From assembly GCA_036758965.1 (NCBI GenBank), contig DAIOVO010000003.1:1-57941 (forward strand): 57,941 nt of DNA. Direction: 5' to 3'. Position 1 is the stretch's first letter; every line of letters starts with the position of its first letter. Made by a program: the position numbers and the translations under genes. The notes beneath the pieces are model-generated. The model saw nothing but the letters and a program-made list of their open reading frames with translations. It did not search any database and was not told where the DNA came from. Positions 1 through 9,672 of the stretch are shown piece by piece. This DNA is from Chthoniobacterales bacterium. GTDB taxonomy: Bacteria; Verrucomicrobiota; Verrucomicrobiia; Chthoniobacterales; UBA10450.

Positions 1-1562
1 AACACGACGCCAGCCGCTTGCACTACGATTTTCGATTGGAGGCGGAAGGGGTGCTGAAATCATGGGCGGTGCCGAAAGGTTTGCCGTGGGCGCAGGCGGA
101 GAAACACCTCGCGGTGGAAGTCGAGGACCACCCGATGGATTATGCCGACTTCGAAGGCATCATTCCCAAAGGGCAATACGGTGGCGGGACGGTGATGGTT
201 TGGGACCGCGGCACGTACGAGGTGACCCATGCGGACAATCCGGCGGCGGGCATTCGCTCGGGGAAGTTTCACGTTATTCTGCACGGGAAAAAGGTGGATG
301 GCGAATGGGCGCTTTTTCGGATTCGTTCGGATGAAAAAAATCAGTGGTTGCTGATGAAAACCGGCGGCGGAATGAGACCGCTCTCGGAAAAGTTGGACGA
401 TGAATCGGCGAAAACCGGGCGCACGATGAAGCAAATCGCGGCGGCGGCGGATGCAGAATGGGAATCCAACCGCGCCGGAGAAAAAGATTCGTTTAAGTCG
501 CGCATTGCGAAGGCTGCGGCCAATAAAGTTGCGCATAAAAAAAAAGAGTCGCGCGAAAATGAAACAGCTCCGTCGTTAGCGAGATTACCGAGGGCAAAAG
601 CGCGTTTCATTGAGCCGATGAAACCGCGTTTGCTGGAGCAGCCGCCGAGCGGGGACGATTGGCTTTACGAGCTGAAGTTCGATGGCATTCGCGCGCTTGC
701 GATCAAAAACCGGAGCGAGCTGCGTCTGATTTCGCGCAACCAAAATGATTTGAATAAGCGCTTTCGGGAAATCGTGGAGGCTGGCCAAGAAATTTCCGGC
801 GACGAGTTTGTGATCGACGGCGAAGTGGTGGCGCTGGATGAGGAGGGACGATCGTCGTTTCAACTTTTGCAGCGCGGCGAGCTCGACGGCAAAGATGCGC
901 CGCAGGCGTTTTACGTTTTTGATTTATTACAGCTCGATGGGCACAGCCTGGTTTCGTTGCCGTTGCAGGAGCGCAAAGATTTGCTTTCACAACTGTTGCC
1001 CAAATCGTCGGCGATTGTTCGCTTCTCCGGCGAGTTGGCGGGTGATCCGAAAACCCTGTTGGCAGAGGTGAGACGTCGCGGGCTTGAAGGAATCATCGGC
1101 AAACAGCGCGCTTCGGTTTACGAGCCGGGCCGGCGCGGTGGCGCGTGGATCAAGATCAAATGCTTGAACGAGCAGGAATTTGTGATTGGCGGTTTTACTC
1201 CGCCGGCCGGAGCGCGCAAACATTTTGGGGCGCTCCTCGTCGGCTACCACGAAGGGAAGCGATTTCTTTTTGCGGGCAAGGTTGGCACGGGCTTCGACAC
1301 GAAAATGCTGGCAATGTTGCACCCGAAAATGCGCAGGGAAGAACGAGCGAGTTGTCCTTTTTCCGATTTGCCGTCGAAACAAAATGGGCAGTGGGTGCAG
1401 GGAATCACGCCTGGCCAAATGCGTAAATGCACGTGGGTAAATCCGAAGTTTGTCGCCCAGATCAAGTTTGCCGAATGGACGCGCGACCTAAAATTGCGCC
1501 AGCCGGTTTTCCTCGGTTTGCGAGAAGACAAAAACGCGCGCGAAGTCGGGCGCGAAGGCTGA
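1..1562 (+). CDS. ligD: ATP-dependent DNA ligase LigD (3'-phosphoesterase domain + ligase domain), 5' end cut by window edge
   Basis: The frame is open from base 3 (HDASRLHYDFRLE..., the LigD phosphoesterase signature), so the TTG at 18 is not the true start. The ligase adenylation motif I is ELKFDGIR. Stop is TGA at 1560-1562. Confidence 0.85.
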   Translation, partial: HDASRLHYDFRLEAEGVLKSWAVPKGLPWAQAEKHLAVEVEDHPMDYADFEGIIPKGQYGGGTVMVWDRGTYEVTHADNPAAGIRSGKFHVILHGKKVDGEWALFRIRSDEKNQWLLMKTGGGMRPLSEKLDDESAKTGRTMKQIAAAADAEWESNRAGEKDSFKSRIAKAAANKVAHKKKESRENETAPSLARLPRAKARFIEPMKPRLLEQPPSGDDWLYELKFDGIRALAIKNRSELRLISRNQNDLNKRFREIVEAGQEISGDEFVIDGEVVALDEEGRSSFQLLQRGELDGKDAPQAFYVFDLLQLDGHSLVSLPLQERKDLLSQLLPKSSAIVRFSGELAGDPKTLLAEVRRRGLEGIIGKQRASVYEPGRRGGAWIKIKCLNEQEFVIGGFTPPAGARKHFGALLVGYHEGKRFLFAGKVGTGFDTKMLAMLHPKMRREERASCPFSDLPSKQNGQWVQGITPGQMRKCTWVNPKFVAQIKFAEWTRDLKLRQPVFLGLREDKNAREVGREG

Positions 1563-1566
1563 GCGC

Positions 1567-2271
1567 CTACGGTCCGCGCGTGGTGACGATGATTCGGTCG
1601 TCCTGCACCGAAGCCGTCTTCACGTGCGAGAGCCAGGCATCATGCTCGCCATGGCGCTCGCGAAGATCCTGGTTGAGGCGACTGTTGAACGCGCTTTGCA
1701 CCTGCGGATTTAACCATTTGTCGGAAATCTGGTGGCCGTTGGCTTCGCCCGATTTCACATCAACGGAAAGATTTTCGTCAGCATAGTTAAACCCAAACAT
1801 GAGCCGGCCATTGAACCAGCGGCCGCGGAACATCTTCAGTTTGAGGGAATCGAGCGGCGCGCTTAGTTGCAGGGTCACCAGCGAATTGGCGATGCTGACC
1901 AGGCTATGATTCCGTACTGCGTGAAAATCCCGGTCTGTGGCGATAAGCGCGTTCAGGTCCGCGGCGGTGAATTCAACCGTAGTTGCCTGGTTGTTATGAA
2001 CGGCGTCAAGGAAAGTTCGCTTTTTGGCTTCCGCGGTCTGGATTTCGGCCGGGCTCGACTGTTGCACCGCAATCATTTCCGGCTCGGTGGAAGTGAACAC
2101 GCGCGCGGCACGATGAAAAACAAACCAGAATCCGCCAACGCAAACGATGGCCAGGAGAAAGAAGGCGATAACGAGCGTGAGACATCCCTTTGCAAAACAG
2201 CCCATGCCCGAGCGGGGCGGCAGTTGCGCTTGCATAGCAGGCGGGATGGGCGGCGGCGGTGTTGTTTCCAT
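1567..2271 (-). CDS. hypothetical membrane-anchored protein
   Basis: ORF 1567..2475 trimmed to the ATG at 2271 (METTPPPP...). It has one clear TM helix (CLTLVIAFFLLAIVCVGGFWFVF). The longer start would run into purS. Confidence 0.55.
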   Translation of the reverse strand: METTPPPPIPPAMQAQLPPRSGMGCFAKGCLTLVIAFFLLAIVCVGGFWFVFHRAARVFTSTEPEMIAVQQSSPAEIQTAEAKKRTFLDAVHNNQATTVEFTAADLNALIATDRDFHAVRNHSLVSIANSLVTLQLSAPLDSLKLKMFRGRWFNGRLMFGFNYADENLSVDVKSGEANGHQISDKWLNPQVQSAFNSRLNQDLRERHGEHDAWLSHVKTASVQDDRIIVTTRGP

Positions 2272-2362
2272 AGCTCGCGAGAAGTAACGCGCGCGTCCCG
2301 CTTTGGGAAGGATTTTTTCGAAGGGCGTTGTCTGGTGCGTGCGACGCGCTAGATTGCGCGGC

Positions 2363-2599
2363 ATGAGAGCAAAAGTAATCGTCACTCCCAAGGCGGCAGT
2401 GCTCGATCCGCAAGGCGCAGCGGTGCGCGAAGCGATGCAGCATCTCGGCATGCCGGAAGTAAAGAATGTGCGCATTGGAAAATATCTCGAGATCGATCTT
2501 GACGGTCAGGGCGCGGAAGTGGAGGAGCGGTTACGAAAACTTTGCCGCGATTTGCTCTCGAACCCGGTGATTGAAGACTATGAATTGTTAGCAAAATGA
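2363..2599 (+). CDS. purS: phosphoribosylformylglycinamidine synthase subunit PurS
   Basis: MRAKVIVTPKAAVLDPQGAAV...NPVIEDYEL is a typical ~80 aa PurS. ATG at 2363. Confidence 0.9.
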   Translation: MRAKVIVTPKAAVLDPQGAAVREAMQHLGMPEVKNVRIGKYLEIDLDGQGAEVEERLRKLCRDLLSNPVIEDYELLAK

Positions 2600-2778
2600 A
2601 AGCGCTCCGTTATTTTTTCTGTGTCGTGTTTCCGCCGCTGGCGGTGTTGATGACTGGACGAATCGCCAGTTTTTTCCTTAGCATCCTTTTGACTTTGCTG
2701 GGCTGGATTCCCGGCGTGATCCACGCCTGCCTGGTGGTGAACGATTATCACGCGGAAAAACGCGCGCATGGCGGCTAG
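2596..2778 (+). CDS. YqaE/Pmp3 (UPF0057) family small membrane protein
   Basis: 60 aa with two TM helices and the family core LLTLLGWIPGVIHA. Its ATG overlaps the purS stop (ATGA at 2596-2599). Its stop lies 3 nt before the purQ ATG. Confidence 0.75.
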   Translation: MKALRYFFCVVFPPLAVLMTGRIASFFLSILLTLLGWIPGVIHACLVVNDYHAEKRAHGG

Positions 2779-2781
2779 GGA

Positions 2782-3495
2782 ATGAAGTTCGCCGTCATTC
2801 AATTTCCCGGTTCCAATTGCGACCAGGATTGCCTGCGCGCGATCAACAGCCTCGATGGATTGGAGGCGCGCTATGTCTGGCACAAGGAAAATTCGCTCGC
2901 GGGGTTCGACGCGATCGTTTTGCCGGGTGGCTTTGCTTATGGCGATTATCTGCGCTGCGGCGCAATCGCGCGTTTTTCACCGATCATGGCCGAAGTCGCG
3001 CGCACGGCCAAAACGGGCCAGCTTGTTTTGGGAACGTGTAATGGTTTCCAGGTCTTGTGCGAGGCGGGATTGCTGCCAGGCGCGCTGGTGCGGAATCGCG
3101 GCCTGCGTTTTGTTTGCCAGATGGCCAGCTTGCGGGTGGAGAAAAATATTTCGCCTTTTACTGTCGGCTGCGCCGAAGGAAGTCTGCTGCGAATGCCGGT
3201 GGCGCACGGCGAAGGCTGTTTCTATGCCGACGCAGACACGCTGGGGGAATTGAATGCGAACGGGCAGGTGGTGCTGCGCTATTGCAATCAACGAGGCGAG
3301 CCTACAGCGCAATCCAATCCCAATGGTTCGATCGAGAACATCGCTGGTATTTGCAATCGCGCGGGAAATGTTTTTGGGCTAATGCCGCATCCCGATCGAG
3401 CGTGCGATGCGCGGCTCGGCAGCGTGGATGGTGCTCAAATTTTTCGTGCCATGGCGGAGAGGACTGCGCGCTCTCGCAGTCGAGTGGCGGCGTAA
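2782..3495 (+). CDS. purQ: phosphoribosylformylglycinamidine synthase subunit PurQ (glutaminase)
   Basis: [16 protein letters not shown]..., nucleophile context GTCNGFQ, C-terminal MPHPDR motif; 237 aa. Confidence 0.93.
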   Translation: MKFAVIQFPGSNCDQDCLRAINSLDGLEARYVWHKENSLAGFDAIVLPGGFAYGDYLRCGAIARFSPIMAEVARTAKTGQLVLGTCNGFQVLCEAGLLPGALVRNRGLRFVCQMASLRVEKNISPFTVGCAEGSLLRMPVAHGEGCFYADADTLGELNANGQVVLRYCNQRGEPTAQSNPNGSIENIAGICNRAGNVFGLMPHPDRACDARLGSVDGAQIFRAMAERTARSRSRVAA

Positions 3496-3686
3496 ATTTG
3501 TGGCTTACGGTCGACCGGACGCGCACAAACGATTGTGATAATGAAGAATTGTTGGTCGGCTTTTGCGCGCAAGACGCTAAAATTCGGCGTCTGATCGCAG
3601 GAATGTCATGTTCGATAAATTGACACTTTTGTCCCTATCCTGACACGATTTCCGAATTCCCGGCGCGCGCTCCCTCGTGTAAATGG

Positions 3687-4199
3687 TTGGCATCCGCAGT
3701 GCTAAGAGGGTTGTTGGAAATTATGCTACTGGAAAAAACGCTTCATATGGGCCGCTCGGCGTCGGAATGTAAATCCCGTTTGGCGAGCATTCACTCATAT
3801 CGACGACAATTTCTGATGGTGACGAAGGCGACCGTGACCTCATCAAAGACGGTCGATTTTAGTTTCCGTGGCCCGCTTGGGTTTGAAGCGCACACCGTTT
3901 TGCTTTCAGTCGATAACGATTCCGAGAACGAGGTGGTGTTTGAGTCGGTCGGTGGAAATATCGACGTCACTGGCATTGTTAATTTTTCGGAAGTGCGGGC
4001 TGCCTGCACCGAGATAACGCTGGCGGTGCACTACCGTATTAAAAATAAATTTTTCGCCTGGCTGGATCGCCGAGTGCATTTCGTGAACGCATTTTTGAAT
4101 TCTGAGCTGCGTAGTGTCCGCTCGCACTTCGAGGGGATCGCAGCGCCGTATGTGGAGCGCGTGCCCGTGCTACCGCTCTTCGAAACGGCAACAGCGTAG
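3687..4199 (+). CDS. hypothetical protein, possibly SRPBCC (cyclase/dehydrase-like) fold
   Basis: 170 aa ORF with no strong motif. The fold guess rests on length and composition only. Start is ambiguous (3687, 3747 or 3816). Confidence 0.4.
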   Translation: MASAVLRGLLEIMLLEKTLHMGRSASECKSRLASIHSYRRQFLMVTKATVTSSKTVDFSFRGPLGFEAHTVLLSVDNDSENEVVFESVGGNIDVTGIVNFSEVRAACTEITLAVHYRIKNKFFAWLDRRVHFVNAFLNSELRSVRSHFEGIAAPYVERVPVLPLFETATA

Positions 4200-4270
4200 G
4201 TAGGGGGGTAAAGGGCGCGACTCGGGACAGTCGCGCCCTTTCTTTGTACCTGAGGCGCGCGTGCGGAATT

Positions 4271-5620
4271 TTAGTTCGCCGGATTAACCGGCTTGCGCAC
4301 CTCCACCTTCCAGCTTGGAGGATTAGTCGGCGCGACGAAGATTGCTCCCGGCGGCAACTGCTCGTACTCTTTCGCTCGCTCGGCGAAATTGTAATCGATA
4401 AAAGGCGGCAGAATGTAATCCCGGCGCGCACCTTCGAGCGCGATTAAACCCAAGGACGCGACGCCGAGCCAGCGCCACCATCGATTTTGTCCACGTCCTG
4501 TTAGGGCCGCCAACCCGAAAAGCAGCACCGCCATCATCGGGAAATAATAACGCTGGCCGCAGCCGGGCGCATTCCAAAGGGCGACCCAGTGGGGGCGATC
4601 GAACCCGGCCAGCGGCGTGCTCAGCGCCATCGCCAGCAGACCGAGGCCGATGAACAACAGCGATCGAACTTCTCGTCCGCCGGTGCAAAGAATTATCGCC
4701 ACCAGGAGGACGAAAACAATCAAGCCACTCCACGCTACGATTTCGAACCAGGGTTGATTCAAGACCGATGCATACTTTTTTTCGCCGAGAAAAAATGAAG
4801 TTGTGAACTGACCGCCGATGATTCGAACGAAGTTCGCGAGCGAAATACCCATCTGCCCGACGATTCGTCGCGGGCCGGTGGTCAGAAGCGCGAACGACCC
4901 AAAGGGTAACACCGCGCAGAGCGCGATCAGGTTATACTTCAACGTCGCGGAGCGCTCTTTCCAACAGCGCCAGAGAGCCACCGGCACGAGCACGAAAATA
5001 AACGGCCCGGACAATCCACTTACCACTAGGACGACGAGATCGAAGATCCTGCCGCCGATCCTTTTTGCCGGCTGGCTAACAATAATTAAGCTAGCCAGCA
5101 CCGCCAGGTGCACCCGCGAATGCAGCGCAATCGCGTTTACTTCGAAGCTGTTCGGCATCGCGCAATAGACGATCGCCGTCACCAGGCGAATGGGAAATGA
5201 ACCCAGCCATGTTTTGGTGCGCCTGGAGATAAGAAAGGCCGGCACCGCCGCCTGAATCATGATCGCCACCACCGCCAGGACTCGCGGAGCCTGCGCCAGC
5301 GGAAAAAGCGCCGCCAACTGATGCATCAGCCGCAGGAGTAAATCGAAGTAGCCAAAGTTGTAGGCGATCAGATTTTCCCAAAGCGGTCGTTGCATTGCGT
5401 CCGGATAAAAAGTTGCGCCGTCCTCCGCCCAAAACTGAGAGTGAGTAAGACAATCCGGTCGGCGCAGGACAATGAGCGCGGGGAAAACCAGGTAGAAGAC
5501 AAAGTCAGTTAGAAAGTGGAAAAAAGAAACCGGAGCCGGCTTCTGGTGGCAAGCTTCCACCGCTGGCATGTTCGCTCCGAGTCTGCCAATGTCGCGTCTC
5601 TGCCCGAGGTTAGGCCCCAT
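4271..5620 (-). CDS. polytopic integral membrane protein of unknown function
   Basis: 449 aa with roughly 10 or more hydrophobic helices. Its ATG overlaps the tyrS stop by 1 nt (TAATG on the minus strand at 5618-5622). Confidence 0.6.
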   Translation of the reverse strand: MGPNLGQRRDIGRLGANMPAVEACHQKPAPVSFFHFLTDFVFYLVFPALIVLRRPDCLTHSQFWAEDGATFYPDAMQRPLWENLIAYNFGYFDLLLRLMHQLAALFPLAQAPRVLAVVAIMIQAAVPAFLISRRTKTWLGSFPIRLVTAIVYCAMPNSFEVNAIALHSRVHLAVLASLIIVSQPAKRIGGRIFDLVVLVVSGLSGPFIFVLVPVALWRCWKERSATLKYNLIALCAVLPFGSFALLTTGPRRIVGQMGISLANFVRIIGGQFTTSFFLGEKKYASVLNQPWFEIVAWSGLIVFVLLVAIILCTGGREVRSLLFIGLGLLAMALSTPLAGFDRPHWVALWNAPGCGQRYYFPMMAVLLFGLAALTGRGQNRWWRWLGVASLGLIALEGARRDYILPPFIDYNFAERAKEYEQLPPGAIFVAPTNPPSWKVEVRKPVNPAN

Positions 5621-6795
5621 TACTCGATCCGAAGCGCGTGTGTTTTATCGAGCCGAAGAATTTGCCCGCTAGCTAACGAGACCTGGGCGGTAGGTTGAAG
5701 AAGCTTCCCACCGTCCAGTTGGACGCTGCCTTGTTTGATTAGCCGGCTGGCTTCGGCGCGGGACTTGGATTTTCCGAAAACGGCAAAAGCTTTAACTATC
5801 ACACTAACTAATTCCCCCACCTGGGCCGGCAAGGCAGGCAGTTCCGCATCGCCTAACTTCTTTTCACTAAAACGAGTCGTCCAATCGCTTTGCGCTTTCT
5901 CCGCCGCGGCCGCGGAATGATAGGTGGCAATGATTTCCGCCGCCAGTTGCTTTTTCGCTTCCAAGGGATGGAGTTGCACGGCTACTTCGCGCGCCAGGAG
6001 AAGCTGGTAGTAGCGAGCCATTAATTCATCCGAGATACTCATCAGTTTGCCAAACATTTCCACCGGCGAATCGTTGAGCGCGACGTAGTTGTTCAGGCTT
6101 TTGCTCATCTTTTGCACGCCATCAAGTCCTTCCAGGATCGGCATCAGCAATACCACCTGGGATGGCTGCCCATTTTCCTTCTGTAGCTCGCGCCCGAGCA
6201 AAATGTTGAAAAGCTGGTCGGTGCCGCCCAGTTCCACATCGGCTTGTACCATTACCGAATCCCACCCCTGCATAATGGGATACTGAATTTCATGCGCGTG
6301 AATCGGCTGCTCGCTTTTAAGGCGCGCGCGAAAATCTTCTCGTTGCAAGAGCTGTTGCAGAGTGACGCGGCTGTTGAGGCGAATCACATCTTCGAAGGAA
6401 AGTTTTCCCAGCCAGGTGCTGTTATAAACGACTTCGGTCTGCGCCGGATCGAGAATCTTGAATGCTTGTTGCCGATAGGTTTCAGCGTTGGCTTCGACTT
6501 TCGTGCGCGAGATTTGCGGCCGGGTAATGGAACGCCCGCTCGGATCGCCGATGAGGGCGGTAAAATCCCCGATGATCAAAACGGCCTGATGCCCGGCTTC
6601 CTGAAAGTCGCGGAGTTTCCGCAGCAACAACGTATGGCCGAGGTGGAGATCGGGGCTGGTGGGATCGACGCCGAGCTTGATTCGCAAGGGCTGATGAGCG
6701 CGCAATTTTTCCGCCAGCTCCGCCTCGCTGATGATCTGGGCGGCGCCGCGAAGCAAAGGCGCGAGCTGAGCGTGCGCTGACATTTTCACGCGCAC
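5620..6795 (-). CDS. tyrS: tyrosine--tRNA ligase
   Basis: HIGH motif (DLHLGH), KMSKS motif, C-terminal S4-like domain; 391 aa. Confidence 0.93.
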   Translation of the reverse strand: MRVKMSAHAQLAPLLRGAAQIISEAELAEKLRAHQPLRIKLGVDPTSPDLHLGHTLLLRKLRDFQEAGHQAVLIIGDFTALIGDPSGRSITRPQISRTKVEANAETYRQQAFKILDPAQTEVVYNSTWLGKLSFEDVIRLNSRVTLQQLLQREDFRARLKSEQPIHAHEIQYPIMQGWDSVMVQADVELGGTDQLFNILLGRELQKENGQPSQVVLLMPILEGLDGVQKMSKSLNNYVALNDSPVEMFGKLMSISDELMARYYQLLLAREVAVQLHPLEAKKQLAAEIIATYHSAAAAEKAQSDWTTRFSEKKLGDAELPALPAQVGELVSVIVKAFAVFGKSKSRAEASRLIKQGSVQLDGGKLLQPTAQVSLASGQILRLDKTHALRIE

Positions 6796-6826
6796 TTTAG
6801 AAGCGGCGAGCGCGCGGAGCCAAATA

Positions 6827-7318
6827 TTATTTGTTCTTGTTCAGCAATTCGCGCACTTCCTCGATCGAGAGAGGGTGACGCTGGGCATCGAGAGATTTTT
6901 GGCTCTTGCCGTGGACGAGAAACGGGCGATTGCCGGCGAAATCGCCCGACCGATAGGACTTGGAAGTATTTGAGGCAGCTGAAATATCCGACACGCCGCG
7001 CGTCGGATAAGTTTTGAGCGGTCGCGCTTTGGGAATCGCGGCATCTTTGGTCGGAAACTTACCGGTTGCGAAAGAAGTGGTAGCGACGTGGCGATCGGCC
7101 GAGAAATTTTTGGCCAGCCGATTTTCCTGCACATAAAACGAGCGCGTGTTAACGGAGCGGCCGGAGGTGACGGCGGACGCGGTGAATTTCTTGTTCTGTT
7201 CCGGGTTGGCGAGAGCAGCGTCGGGTTTTAGCAGGCGATCGACCAGCTTGCGCTCCTGTTCCTGGCCGCGAGCGGCGGCGGCGAGGAAGCAGAAAAGAAT
7301 AATGAGGGCACGCCGCAC
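6827..7318 (-). CDS. secreted hypothetical protein
   Basis: N-terminal signal peptide MRRALIILFCFLAAAARGQ. Same strand as tyrS and 31 nt downstream of it. Confidence 0.55.
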   Translation of the reverse strand: MRRALIILFCFLAAAARGQEQERKLVDRLLKPDAALANPEQNKKFTASAVTSGRSVNTRSFYVQENRLAKNFSADRHVATTSFATGKFPTKDAAIPKARPLKTYPTRGVSDISAASNTSKSYRSGDFAGNRPFLVHGKSQKSLDAQRHPLSIEEVRELLNKNK

Positions 7319-7380
7319 GCGAGCGAGGTTGAGAGCAGCCGCGCAAATTGTAAAGCAAAACGGCAGCGATATGGTGCAGC

Positions 7381-7857
7381 GTGGACATCCTTTTCCGCGA
7401 CGACCAAACGCTCATGCGAGAGGCGCTGCGTTTGGCGGGGAAAGCGGCGGCGGAAGAAGAAGTGCCGATTGGAGCAGTGGTGGCTAGAAACGGCCGCATT
7501 CTTGGTCGCGGATACAATCAGGTGGAGACATTGAAAGACCCGACTGCGCACGCGGAAATCCTTGCGATCACACAAGCGGCGGCGGCGGTTGGTGATTGGC
7601 GGCTGAATGATTGCGAGTTATTCGTCACCAAAGAACCATGTCCGATGTGCGCAGGCGCGAGCGTGCACGCGCGGCTCAGGCGCGTCATTTTCGGTTGTGC
7701 GGATGCACGGGGTGGCGCGGCGGGAAGCGCGATGAATCTATTGCAATCGACCGCGCTCAATCACCGGTGCGAAATCAGCAGCGGCGTTCTGGACAAGGAG
7801 TGCGGCGCGCTTTTGAAGGAATTTTTTCGCGCGAAACGCACGCAAAACGGCGAGTAA
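7381..7857 (+). CDS. tadA: tRNA adenosine(34) deaminase TadA
   Basis: CDA zinc motifs HAE and PCPMCAGA; 158 aa; GTG start. Confidence 0.9.
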   Translation: MDILFRDDQTLMREALRLAGKAAAEEEVPIGAVVARNGRILGRGYNQVETLKDPTAHAEILAITQAAAAVGDWRLNDCELFVTKEPCPMCAGASVHARLRRVIFGCADARGGAAGSAMNLLQSTALNHRCEISSGVLDKECGALLKEFFRAKRTQNGE

Positions 7858-7870
7858 AACCGCGACGGAC

Positions 7871-7944
7871 TGGCTGCCTCGCTAGGATTCGAACCTAGAC
7901 AAAGAGATCCAGAATCTCTCGTGCTACCGTTACACCACGAGGCA
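7871..7944 (-). tRNA. tRNA-Gln (anticodon CUG), CCA encoded
   Basis: Hand-folded cloverleaf. Acceptor TGCCTCG/CGAGGCA, anticodon stem AGAGA/TCTCT with loop TTCTGGA, T-arm CTAGG-TTCGAAT-CCTAG. Confidence 0.85.
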
Positions 7945-8024
7945 ATTTGGGGCAGGGAAGTAACTCGTAAAATGCTTCGTTTTCAAGTTGTGCAAGCTGC
8001 GCGCGCGGACGCTACGGAGCCGTT

Positions 8025-8948
8025 TTAGCGCAAAATTAATTCCGCACCTTCCTGCGCACCTTCCACCGTAAAGGCACGGCCACTCTGCGCGATCTGCATC
8101 CGGGCCTTGTCCACGATTTTATCCACCATCGCATCGTCATGATTGGGATCATGATGAAAAAGCACCAGCCGTTTCACCCCCGCATCTGCCGCCAGGGAAA
8201 CAACGCTGCTGACCGAACCATGCCCCCAGCCGATTTTCGCCTGGTATTCTTCGTCGGTGTATTGGGAATCGACCACCAAAATATCTGTGTCGCGCAGAAA
8301 CTCGACCAGATCGGCCCGCTCCTTCGCGGGTGATTTGTATTGGTGGCCGGTATTTTCGTCCCCGCGATTGCGAAGCTGGAGGTCGAGCTGCTCGAACGGT
8401 TCGTTATCGGGCAAATAGGCAACCGAACCGTTGCTGGTGTAGATACGGTAACCGGCGCACACGCCCGGGTGGTTCAAGAATTTCGAGCACACCCGCACTT
8501 TGCCGATTTGAAAATCCGTTTCTTTGAGTTCTTCAATTTGAATTTTTCCGGGCAATTCTTTCATGCTCACAGGGAAGAACGGCGTTTCCATTTGCCCGGC
8601 TAAAATTTCGCGCAGGCGCGAGCGAGTGCCGTCGTAGCCCAGAACGCGAATTTGGTTTTTTGGGCTGTAGGCGGGCAGGAAAAAAGGCAGGCCCTGGATG
8701 TGGTCCCAGTGGGTATGCGAGATGAGAAGCGCGACGTTGAGCGGCTCTGAACCAAATTCGCGCTGGAGCGATTGACCGAGCAGACGAATGCCGGAGCCCG
8801 CATCGAGGACGATGATTTCGCCATCGGCGCGCACTTCCACGCAACTGGTATTGCCGCCGTAGCGAACTGTGCTTACGCCGGGCGTGGGAATGGAACCGCG
8901 TACGCCCCAGAATTTAACGCGGGTGCCGGAGGTAGCGGACGCGCTCAT
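8025..8948 (-). CDS. MBL-fold metallo-hydrolase
   Basis: HTHWDH metal-binding motif and downstream conserved H/D residues; 307 aa. Confidence 0.8.
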   Translation of the reverse strand: MSASATSGTRVKFWGVRGSIPTPGVSTVRYGGNTSCVEVRADGEIIVLDAGSGIRLLGQSLQREFGSEPLNVALLISHTHWDHIQGLPFFLPAYSPKNQIRVLGYDGTRSRLREILAGQMETPFFPVSMKELPGKIQIEELKETDFQIGKVRVCSKFLNHPGVCAGYRIYTSNGSVAYLPDNEPFEQLDLQLRNRGDENTGHQYKSPAKERADLVEFLRDTDILVVDSQYTDEEYQAKIGWGHGSVSSVVSLAADAGVKRLVLFHHDPNHDDAMVDKIVDKARMQIAQSGRAFTVEGAQEGAELILR

Positions 8949-8991
8949 TAAGAAACGGGCGTGGTCTTCGGTTGCGGGAAGTTCCCGCCGC

Positions 8992-9573
8992 TCAATGCTG
9001 TTTCGATCGCGCGAGCGAACGAGCGACGCCGAAGGCAGCGAACGAGCAAATTCCCAGCACGGGGATGAGCGTCGAAACTTCCGGCACGGGAACGACGACG
9101 TTGCCGATGTTATCTACCTTCGTTCCGTTGGGATCGCCAACCGCCCTCGTCGCCTCGGCGGTAAATTCGCCGATATGCGCGAGATCGGTATTGGCGATGG
9201 CGGAGAAAACGCCGAGCGCCTGCGGGCCGTCCAAGGTAGTGGTGCCGGTGTAAGTCCAGGTAAGATTAAACAAAGTCGGGTCGTCCATCGGGCTCACTCT
9301 TGACGGCGTAACCCCGATAAGCGCGGCGCTAAAAGTCCAGCCGGCTGGCTGAGTGTTGCCGCCCGCGACGTAGCCGGAGAAATCGTAAATGGTAAAATAG
9401 TCGCCGGTCTGGACGCGCTCGTCCTGGGTGACGGTCGAACTATAGTTCCAACTAAAATTTCCGCCGCCGACGGGGGTCACGTCGGCAGGCGTAGTCAGGG
9501 AGGGAATGATGTCGGCGCGCGCGCTAAACGCACCCATGCAAAGCAGCGCCGCCAAAAATATTTTTCGCATCAT
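8992..9573 (-). CDS. PEP-CTERM sorting-domain secreted protein
   Basis: Signal peptide MMRKIFLAALLCMGAFSARA. The C-terminus has VPEVST followed by a TM helix and a basic tail (ARSLARSKQH). Confidence 0.7.
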   Translation of the reverse strand: MMRKIFLAALLCMGAFSARADIIPSLTTPADVTPVGGGNFSWNYSSTVTQDERVQTGDYFTIYDFSGYVAGGNTQPAGWTFSAALIGVTPSRVSPMDDPTLFNLTWTYTGTTTLDGPQALGVFSAIANTDLAHIGEFTAEATRAVGDPNGTKVDNIGNVVVPVPEVSTLIPVLGICSFAAFGVARSLARSKQH

Positions 9574-9672
9574 ATGGGGTTGAGGCCTGTAGAGCGCGCA
9601 TTTTGCCCAGATCTTCGGGCCGCGGTCAAACAAAAAAATCGGGCCCTGACAACAAGGTGAGCGGCTTCAAAA

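Noticed and set aside
2272-2362. A possible purine or ZTP riboswitch upstream of purS, and similarly upstream of purL at 55382-55486.
   Set aside because: I could not find the conserved cores of the purine or ZTP (pfl) riboswitches by eye. The upstream regions are short, and the purL leader is instead occupied by the REP-like palindrome.
3664-3678. A 15-mer, CGCGCGCTCCCTCGT, is repeated at 3664-3678 and 20254-20268, both in intergenic regions.
   Set aside because: In a 58 kb window read on both strands, a few exact 14-15 nt matches are expected by chance, more so with GC bias. The flanks are not similar and no shared context was seen.
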